DNA of 64,000 nt from a virus (Duplodnaviria > Caudoviricetes): the IMG/VR virus record IMGVR_UViG_3300021387_000161, positions 81,523 to 145,522 of that record, one strand, 5' to 3'. Positions within the stretch are counted from its first letter, which is position 1, and each line of letters begins with the position of its first letter. Positions 57,216 through 64,000 of this stretch are shown in pieces. A program made the position numbers and the translations under genes. The notes below the pieces were generated by a model. The model was not told the origin of the DNA and ran no database searches. It saw only the letters and a program-made list of their open reading frames with translations.

Positions 57216-57243
57216 AAAGTAGAGATAGAAATTAATCTATCTC
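57216..57243 (-). terminator. Possible intrinsic terminator
   Basis: AGAGATAGA / TCTATCTCT hairpin followed by ACTTTTGTTT on the minus strand. Confidence 0.5.
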
Positions 57244-57428
57244 TAAACTGCAATTTTATAAAATCCTGGTCTACCCAACGTAAGGTAAATAGAAATAGTT
57301 GTAGGTTTCATATCTAACATCTCAGCTAATTCTGAAACGCTATCAGCTACTGCTATTGGCAACTCGTATTCATCTTTAGTAGTTGCCATGTACAAATACT
57401 TTAACTTCTTTCCATCAACTTCTAACAT
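57243..57428 (-). CDS. Small putative DNA-binding protein
   Basis: YMATTKDEYELPIAVADSVSELAEMLDM; AAGGAGGT SD. Confidence 0.6.
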   Translation of the reverse strand: MLEVDGKKLKYLYMATTKDEYELPIAVADSVSELAEMLDMKPTTISIYLTLGRPGFYKIAV

Positions 57429-57471
57429 CTTATTTACCTCCTTAATGTTACTAACTACTCTTCCTATAAGT

Positions 57472-57500
57472 ATAATAACATATTCTGGAGATAATGTACA
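57472..57500 (-). promoter_or_regulatory. Sigma-A-type promoter with extended -10
   Basis: TGTACA-N17-TATTAT; flanks shared with 35188-35216. Confidence 0.65.
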
Positions 57501-57506
57501 TACTTT

Positions 57507-57812
57507 TTAAAAACTTTTTTCTATTTCTTTACCATTTAAATTATAAATTTCCTGATTTAAATCAATACCATAAATTTGTGCTCTAATTTCTAATAACTGC
57601 TGGTATTCACCCATTCTATCAAGCTGCATAGATAAAATTCCTGTAGGACAAGGATCCTCATCATTAGAATCTTCTTCCCAAAGATAATCTAATAGTTTAT
57701 CTATTCTAGTTACTAATTGAGCATACTCAGCGATAAATCTTTTTTTCCAATCGTCACTGCACATATATTCTGCTGATTTTTCAAGACTATCTAATACTAC
57801 TAATTCTTCCAT
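57507..57812 (-). CDS. crAss001_48-related small protein
   Basis: DWKKRFIAEYAQL..RIDKL...L..QL..M..Y...LEIRA; start reassigned to MEELV at 57812 with AGGAG SD. Confidence 0.6.
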   Translation of the reverse strand: MEELVVLDSLEKSAEYMCSDDWKKRFIAEYAQLVTRIDKLLDYLWEEDSNDEDPCPTGILSMQLDRMGEYQQLLEIRAQIYGIDLNQEIYNLNGKEIEKSF

Positions 57813-57860
57813 TATAATTATTCTCCTATGTAAGTATAAAAAAAATAGTTTATCAATATA

Positions 57861-57889
57861 ATTATATACTAATAAACTATTTTTGTAAA
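57861..57889 (-). promoter_or_regulatory. Sigma-A-type promoter overlapped by a 13-bp inverted repeat
   Basis: TTTACA-N17-TATAAT; AAAAATAGTTTAT (57841) / ATAAACTATTTTT (57872). Confidence 0.65.
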
Positions 57890-57913
57890 CATTGTGTAAT
57901 TTTATTAAGTAAC

Positions 57914-58291
57914 TTATTTTCTGGGGAGCTCTTCCATACATAGTTTAAATTCTTCATAAACAACTGTATTGCCATCTGCCTCCTCATAGGCTTCTCCTAT
58001 TAGTTTATAAGCAACTAAATCTTCCGATGGAATATATCCTTGCTGTCTATACTTATGATTTAAGCTGTTTAATCGTTCCCTAGCAGTTGCTTTAGCTAGA
58101 TTATTATTCTTTTCACCAAATTCGGCTATTTTTTTGATTTCTTGCTTGATCTCGCTCACGGTATTTTTTAACTCTTGTAAATCTTTGGTTTTTTGTGAAT
58201 TCTTATCAATTACTTTAGAAAAACACATCCACAAACCATTCGATCCTATAATAGCAACCACCACAGCTGTTAAAAATTCTATCATTGTCAT
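57914..58291 (-). CDS. Holin/antiholin-like single-TM coiled-coil protein
   Basis: N-terminal TM (AVVVAIIGSNGLW), coiled coil, Y..QGYI...Y..ADGN; next to the endolysin. Confidence 0.55.
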   Translation of the reverse strand: MTMIEFLTAVVVAIIGSNGLWMCFSKVIDKNSQKTKDLQELKNTVSEIKQEIKKIAEFGEKNNNLAKATARERLNSLNHKYRQQGYIPSEDLVAYKLIGEAYEEADGNTVVYEEFKLCMEELPRK

Positions 58292-58417
58292 TTAAATTTC
58301 CCTAAACTAGTCAACTTTTAAAATATGTATATGTTAAAAGGAATACCCACCAGACCTTCTACACAGCTCCCCTAAATAACAAAGCTGTCCCCGACATTAA
58401 ATCACATGGTTAATTTC

Positions 58418-60403
58418 TTATTTTGGCATTAAAACTTCTAAAGTTTCAAATGCTACATTAGATTTATTAAATTTGGCCTTAGATAGATAGTCAAAATGTT
58501 TCATAACAAAGAATCTTATGCCACGACCAGCTTCTACAAAATTATTATTTCCTACATACATAAGAGCATGTTGTGACTTAATTTTTCCTTTACTATCTTT
58601 TTTCTTATATCTTACTACACAGCCTGGTTTTAATACACCCTTTACAATTTTCTTACCTTTCCATATAATTTCACATTGTGAAATCTCAGGAAATTCTTCA
58701 TTAACACCAGCAAGAACTTTTACTTTAATACCTAACGCTGCATATAAAACTGCATTTAAATTATACCCACAATCTGAATAAGCTATCTTACTAGTATATC
58801 CACGTTCATTTAAAGCTTCTTTCATCTTAGCTGTAGGAGCGCCAGTACTGTAATCATATTTTTCTGTTTTAGTATTTAGAGGCCAAGCTAGTTCAATCGC
58901 TTTTTCACATACTAAATCAGCATTTGTCTTAGTAACTTCTGGTTCAACAGGAGTAGGTGTTGGATCTTCTTGCTTTTTGACAAGATCTTTTTTTGTTTTA
59001 TTAACATCTACAGATCCTGATATTCCAGAAACTTTACCGCTAGAACTATATTGCCATAAGTCATAATCCATAGAAGCTTTGCTAGCATACTGAGCTAACC
59101 ATATTAAATACTTTTTCTTTAAAGTATCTAGGTTTAGATAATTTGAAAAAGTAGAATAGTTAGCATATAACATAGGTACGTAACCATTATCTTTAACTAC
59201 ATCACAAAAGGCACTAACTATTTCTGTACATTTTGATTTTCCAAGTGATTTAGCTTTGCTTGAAGATAGTCTTCCACCGAATTCCCAGTCACATACTACA
59301 GGAAGTGTTATAGAAGATTTATACGGCTTTAATATATCACACATATATTGTGCTTCTTTTTTAGCTTCCGTTACTGAAATAGCTTGTGAATAGTGATAAG
59401 CTCCAACTGCAATATTATTCTTTACTGCTTCCTTTAAATTAGTAACAAAAGTACTATCTTTTGACATTGAAAAAGTTGATTGAGAAGTATATGATGTTCT
59501 TAATATAGCACCATCAACTTTATCCTTTTTTACTTTTGCCCAATCAATAGTATGCTGCCAATAGGAAACATCTACTATTTTATATTCTTTTGTTTCTACT
59601 GAGGGAGTAGTTTGCTTTTGTTTATAAGCGTTTGCATGATTATAAGATTTAGTACCATAAACTCCATCTTTGGTTAATCCTTCTGCTACCTGGAATTTTT
59701 CAACTGCTTCCTCAGTTGCTTCACCAAACTCTTTATCAATTTTAAGTTTTATACCAAGATACCAATTTAAAAATTTCTGTAAATATTCAACTTGGATACC
59801 AGAGGAACCTCTCTTTAAAGTAGGTTTAGCGATAGTGTCACTATATTTACCTGTAGGTTTAGGAACTGGTTTTTCTTCTTTCTTCTTAGCTAATCCTACC
59901 CAAACTTTAGGGATCAACCCTTTCATTTGAGTTTCATATGTATACCAGCCAGTATGATTTCTTCCACCACTATCTCTAGTATATAATTTATGCTTGCCAT
60001 TTTCTACTTTATAATTTGTTACAGCTACATAATGGCCACTCGTTGTCCAAGTAATACCACCTCTTGAACCACTTCTAAATAAGAATACAGCACAATAACC
60101 TTTATCTAAATATTTCCAAACATTAGTCATAGAAGAACTAACATTTATTTCTTTTACATCAGTTAATCCAAAATGTTTCATAGCTGCTGGAATTCCAGCC
60201 CATGCAGTGCCGTTATTTCTTATAGCATATCCTTTAGACTTCATAAATTTAGCAACGTCCCAAGGATTTGTTTTTCCATCTACTGCATAAGCAAGCATAG
60301 CCACAGATGTTGGTCCACACCCGGCCGTAGCCATTGAGGAAGAGCCATTATAATTTTTACTGCCCCATCTGGAATCTGCTTGTTTATAAGTAATATAACC
60401 CAT
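58418..60403 (-). CDS. Multi-domain endolysin: peptidase C39-like + PG-binding + GH25 + NlpC/P60-like
   Basis: YKQADSRW...GCGPTSVAM...GHYV; LKRGSSG..V..LQ..L...DG.YG; VDVSYWQ...DWE...WLAQY...WQYSS.G...VDVN; SDCG...HALMYVG. Confidence 0.88.
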   Translation of the reverse strand: MGYITYKQADSRWGSKNYNGSSSMATAGCGPTSVAMLAYAVDGKTNPWDVAKFMKSKGYAIRNNGTAWAGIPAAMKHFGLTDVKEINVSSSMTNVWKYLDKGYCAVFLFRSGSRGGITWTTSGHYVAVTNYKVENGKHKLYTRDSGGRNHTGWYTYETQMKGLIPKVWVGLAKKKEEKPVPKPTGKYSDTIAKPTLKRGSSGIQVEYLQKFLNWYLGIKLKIDKEFGEATEEAVEKFQVAEGLTKDGVYGTKSYNHANAYKQKQTTPSVETKEYKIVDVSYWQHTIDWAKVKKDKVDGAILRTSYTSQSTFSMSKDSTFVTNLKEAVKNNIAVGAYHYSQAISVTEAKKEAQYMCDILKPYKSSITLPVVCDWEFGGRLSSSKAKSLGKSKCTEIVSAFCDVVKDNGYVPMLYANYSTFSNYLNLDTLKKKYLIWLAQYASKASMDYDLWQYSSSGKVSGISGSVDVNKTKKDLVKKQEDPTPTPVEPEVTKTNADLVCEKAIELAWPLNTKTEKYDYSTGAPTAKMKEALNERGYTSKIAYSDCGYNLNAVLYAALGIKVKVLAGVNEEFPEISQCEIIWKGKKIVKGVLKPGCVVRYKKKDSKGKIKSQHALMYVGNNNFVEAGRGIRFFVMKHFDYLSKAKFNKSNVAFETLEVLMPK

Positions 60404-60406
60404 TAA

Positions 60407-60715
60407 TTATTCCTCTTCTTTTTCTTCTACTTCATCATAAAAATTCTCACCAACAAACTTCTTACCTGTCTTAAGAATTTTATTCATCTTCTTCTTTAAT
60501 CTCATTTCACCAGTTGCTTCACTATTTTCTTTTGAAGTTGGCATGTTATAGTACCATACTAATATTCCCATAATTGCAGAAACAACTGCTAATATCTGTC
60601 CTTCATTTATGCCTAAGTCTATTCCAACGAAAACTTTAATAAAGTCCAGAATAGCTACTATTAAAGCAACTATCGTCATAGTACATTCTTTTCTGTTTTG
60701 AATTAAGTATTTCAT
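60407..60715 (-). CDS. Holin, SPP1-family-like
   Basis: Two TM helices then WYYNMPTSKE...; directly upstream of the lysin. Confidence 0.7.
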   Translation of the reverse strand: MKYLIQNRKECTMTIVALIVAILDFIKVFVGIDLGINEGQILAVVSAIMGILVWYYNMPTSKENSEATGEMRLKKKMNKILKTGKKFVGENFYDEVEEKEEE

Positions 60716-60724
60716 TAAAACTCC

Positions 60725-62293
60725 TTATATAATCATAAAAGGTGATAAACCATTTGTTTTATTAGAAGCAGCTGATCCAGATGGATAAGATACTTTATCC
60801 AGAATTACTGAAGTTTTTTGTGGCTTTATATAAGCAAAACTTGTAGTACTGCCTTTGCTAGGAGAAGCTGTCCAATAATTAATTTTAGTTCCGTCACTCT
60901 TCTCTTTTATATGCGCACCATCTTTATCTTTATCTTTATAATATTCCCAAGTATCATATGTATTAGATTCCCTTATTGTACTTGTTACTCTAGCATTAAG
61001 AACATGTTTTTCTAAAGGCAACGCTATAGTATCTGTAAACTCCGTAGTTCCTTCTGTACCACCTTCATTACCAACTTCCCATTTAAATGGTTGTAATATA
61101 TCTTGAATATCTTTAGGAAGAGATAAAAAATATCCTCTATTACACCACTCTCGTCTAGAGGTACCTCCCCAAGATCTAGCATTTGAACCGACTTCAGTAG
61201 TTACTGATTTCGTCTTACCATTAACAGTTTTTTTCTCAGTTTTTGTTTTTGCCAATAGTTTGCCACTAGTATTTAAACACTCATCTTGACATACAATGAA
61301 TACAGGTTTCTGGTTAGGTATTTCAGGATCATCTTCATCAGACCCAGTTGCTAAAGAAAATCCTTTTATATCACCATTATATTCAGATGCTTTATGAGCT
61401 AATACTAAATGTACCGTCTGTTGTGGATGTTCTTCAGCTACTGACCATTCAGCGTCAGTAAATTTAGTTGTTAAACATGTTGCATTTGCTTTAAACCAAT
61501 TAATTAATTCTTCATTTTGAACATCTTCTCCATCAGTTATTTTTATTTCTTGATATGGAGACAATACTTTACTACCATTAACCTTATAATAAGATAAACT
61601 CTTATAATTCTTTTTAGGAGAAGGAACAACCCATTTTGAAGATGTTATCTTTCCTTCTGAATCTTTCGTGTTATAAAAAACTAAAGATGTTTCATAACTA
61701 GTATCCTTTTCTTTTATATAACACATAGAATCTGAATGTCTTAAAGAATCTTTAGCTAATGCGTTATAAGAACCAACCCACTCTTTTAAAGGATCTTTCC
61801 CTTTCTTTTTAGTTGCTTTTGTAGTACCACCAGAAGATACTTTATAATAAGAAAAATTTATTCTCCATTTCTTTTTACCATCAGAATAATCTGGAAGAGA
61901 ATCAGTATCTATTATTTTTGCTGCATCTGGTTTTCTACCTTTAAATACCCAAGTAGTACCAGCTAATGATTTCATGCCAGCTTTTGAAATCGGTTTTAAT
62001 GTAACCTCTCTCTTAGAACCTATTTTCCAGCCTTCATCATTATAAAGATTTACTATACCAGCTCTATGTCTTTCAAGAGCTCTTTTAAGACCTTCAGCTG
62101 AAGCTTTTGCCCAAGGTTCTACAGTTCTATCTAAAAAGACTTCACTACAAGATCCATCAGAATTTCCAAGTAATATTTTACAAATACTTTGATCTCCAAA
62201 GTAAACTTGTTTGATAGTATTATTACCAAATTTTAATGCTTTAAGTTCTTCTGTATTAGCCACTATATTTAACCTTTTATAAGATATAACCAA
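60725..62293 (-). CDS. Tail fibre/receptor-binding-like protein with DUF6273-like C-terminal domain
   Basis: W..GSKREVTL, SWGGTSRREWCN, YWTASP...FAYI...A....GLSPF. Confidence 0.55.
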   Translation of the reverse strand: MVISYKRLNIVANTEELKALKFGNNTIKQVYFGDQSICKILLGNSDGSCSEVFLDRTVEPWAKASAEGLKRALERHRAGIVNLYNDEGWKIGSKREVTLKPISKAGMKSLAGTTWVFKGRKPDAAKIIDTDSLPDYSDGKKKWRINFSYYKVSSGGTTKATKKKGKDPLKEWVGSYNALAKDSLRHSDSMCYIKEKDTSYETSLVFYNTKDSEGKITSSKWVVPSPKKNYKSLSYYKVNGSKVLSPYQEIKITDGEDVQNEELINWFKANATCLTTKFTDAEWSVAEEHPQQTVHLVLAHKASEYNGDIKGFSLATGSDEDDPEIPNQKPVFIVCQDECLNTSGKLLAKTKTEKKTVNGKTKSVTTEVGSNARSWGGTSRREWCNRGYFLSLPKDIQDILQPFKWEVGNEGGTEGTTEFTDTIALPLEKHVLNARVTSTIRESNTYDTWEYYKDKDKDGAHIKEKSDGTKINYWTASPSKGSTTSFAYIKPQKTSVILDKVSYPSGSAASNKTNGLSPFMII

Positions 62294-63666
62294 TTTTCCT
62301 GATACGCAAAGTCAGCTGGAGGTTGCTCATCTAAAACAACTATTTTCATTTGATTATCACCTAGTTCAGGTTGTCCATCAGTAGTTGTATAAAATTTTAT
62401 AAATTCATTCTGTTCTTCTGTTACTACTCCTGACGTTCTCTTTTTCCAAGTACCATCACCACAAAGAACATAATTTGCTACTGAATCTCCTGTTTCTAAT
62501 TGTAAATCTTTTGTAGTAGGGGCAAATCCATCATTTTTATTTGAAAATACTTCATGTGTATGATCTTCCGCAGCCGCATTTACTAATGTAGCTGGAGCTG
62601 TTTCTGTAGCAGGAGATTGTGGTAATACATATTTAATAGATCTTATATCTCTTACTAAAGTTTTTAGATCTATAGTTTCTATCTTTTCAATCTCATAAGC
62701 TTTAGCTTCTTTAGGATTTGTAGGAGCTGGATTTATAGCTATATAGTTATTATTATTTAAGCTATAATAAGTTTTTCCAGTTTGTGGACTAGTATCAGAT
62801 GTTAATATGTATACAGGTGTCTCACCTTGTTGAGATCTTATAACATTAAATTGAGTTCCATATACTTCATTTGAATTAACATAAGAAGAATGAATTATTA
62901 AACCATTATTATTAGTCTTTAAGAATCCAGAAGTAGTAACTATTTGATTTAAATCATTTAACATCTTACCATCTACTGTAATTCTTCCATGTCTATGATC
63001 AGCTAACGCTTTATTATCTAATTGATCTTCTAAACTTGTTATATCACTTATTGAATGTATATGATTAGAATCAGATTTTCCATTTAATGCATTAACTATT
63101 GCTGATTCTGATAATACTGCATCTGCTGAAGGTTCTTCTCCTATTACTGAATGAAAAGGATGACCTACATCAGAAGGAACAGCTATTAAATCTGCATAAC
63201 TACCACTTCTTGCAATAGGAGCTAAATCAGAGTTTAACTTAGTAGTTATCATATTATTTATATAATTAGCATCTATAGAAAGAGTACCTGAAGATACTAT
63301 AGGTCCACCATTAGTGGTTAAACCAGCACCAGCTGTTATTGATGTTACAGTACCATAAGCATCATCACCAGATGGTATTACATGCCAGCCAGTATTACTT
63401 CCTGTATATACAAGTAAATCTCCAGGTTTTGTTCGTAAACTAGTAGAAGCATTTACTATTATAACTGCATCTGCTTGATAAACATCCCCAATACTTGGAT
63501 TTGAAATATCTGCCATTCTACTAACAGATCCTTTAAATCTCATTCCTTCAGATATAGAATTTATAGCATTGGCATTATTCTCTATACCAGTTTCTATGTG
63601 ATTTAAATTACCTGCACTTAGTGCAGTTTCACCATTTCTCCATGGTGTTTTTTCATATTCAACCAT
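62269..63666 (-). CDS. Tail fibre protein
   Basis: LSAGNLNHIETGI, GTVTSITAGAGL, LAPIARSGSYADL, HxH repeats (HIH, HRH, HTH), LCGDGTW. Confidence 0.75.
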   Translation of the reverse strand: MVEYEKTPWRNGETALSAGNLNHIETGIENNANAINSISEGMRFKGSVSRMADISNPSIGDVYQADAVIIVNASTSLRTKPGDLLVYTGSNTGWHVIPSGDDAYGTVTSITAGAGLTTNGGPIVSSGTLSIDANYINNMITTKLNSDLAPIARSGSYADLIAVPSDVGHPFHSVIGEEPSADAVLSESAIVNALNGKSDSNHIHSISDITSLEDQLDNKALADHRHGRITVDGKMLNDLNQIVTTSGFLKTNNNGLIIHSSYVNSNEVYGTQFNVIRSQQGETPVYILTSDTSPQTGKTYYSLNNNNYIAINPAPTNPKEAKAYEIEKIETIDLKTLVRDIRSIKYVLPQSPATETAPATLVNAAAEDHTHEVFSNKNDGFAPTTKDLQLETGDSVANYVLCGDGTWKKRTSGVVTEEQNEFIKFYTTTDGQPELGDNQMKIVVLDEQPPADFAYQENWLYLIKG

Positions 63667-63728
63667 TATTGTCCTATCAAAATATATTTAAAATACTATT
63701 ATATATAATTTATCTTATTTTATTTATT

Positions 63729-63998
63729 CTATACACTCATATTTCTTGGGGCTATTGGAAAAAATTCTACGCTAAAAGTACTTCCAGTTGCCATAGCTCC
63801 ACCAGCGGTACCACATAAATAAATTGCACCTTCTAATGTATTTGAATTAGTACCTTCTGTAAAAGTATTACATTGAATTTGATGAGTTGCAATTGGTCCA
63901 GTACCACCAAGTGTTCCAGACATTAATTCAAAAGGCCCAGACAATAATTTCTTTTTATCTGTTATTGTGAACTCACAAATTTTTCTTTTAACAGATGT
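63729..63998 (-). CDS. Hypothetical (probably virion) protein, 5' end beyond window
   Basis: Frame is open from the window edge to the stop at 63729. Confidence 0.5.
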   Translation of the reverse strand, partial: TSVKRKICEFTITDKKKLLSGPFELMSGTLGGTGPIATHQIQCNTFTEGTNSNTLEGAIYLCGTAGGAMATGSTFSVEFFPIAPRNMSV

Positions 63999-64000
63999 AC

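Noticed and set aside
60725-62293. Diversity-generating retroelement target
   Set aside because: The C-terminal domain resembles DGR-type targets, but I saw no template repeat or reverse transcriptase in the window.
368-63818. All plus-strand ORFs in the track (e.g. 18863..19330, 30219..30755, 50648..51034)
   Set aside because: They are Ser/Phe/Ile-rich antisense shadows of minus-strand genes, with no recognisable motifs.
1-64000. Alternative genetic code (stop-codon recoding)
   Set aside because: Core genes are full length under the standard code with dense packing, and TAG occurs at true gene ends such as the sheath and portal.
1-64000. tRNA/rRNA genes, introns, inteins, integrase or transposase
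   Set aside because: None recognised; intergenic gaps are short and AT-rich, and terminase, portal and capsid genes are uninterrupted.

Overview
This is a 64-kb segment of a very AT-rich, large tailed phage (distant T4-like myovirus). Its host is probably a Bacillota/Clostridia-type Gram-positive, inferred from GH25/CHAP/C39 lysins, an SPP1-type holin, GGAGG Shine-Dalgarno sites and no spanins. Essentially all real genes are on the minus strand; the plus-strand ORFs are antisense shadows. In transcription order (right to left): tail fibre genes, a lysis cassette, a small early island, acidic head-associated genes, terminase-portal-bS21-prohead protease/scaffold-major capsid, a ~9-kb early island (host-like surface protein, ThyX-like, RNA repair triad), and a late operon (MoxR/peptidase/VWA module, more acidic proteins, neck, sheath, tube). 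Last come a baseplate chaperone, tape measure and two paralogous hub-lysins. The most striking signal is a probable protease-processed capsid-cargo system. About 15 late genes carry N-terminal (L/I/F/V)-x-E leaders matching T4 gp21-type specificity and the capsid protein's own FLNE|A site. Several of them, including the protease-scaffold itself, look like strings of small unrelated domains separated by such sites, and one module is flanked by a 21-bp direct repeat. Also found: a recurring intergenic motif TGCTAAATTA (putative late promoter, 5 exact copies), a separate sigma-A promoter class, an iteron-like repeat cluster, an attenuator-like leader and a candidate tail-chaperone frameshift. All family calls are from motif recognition by eye; no searches were run.
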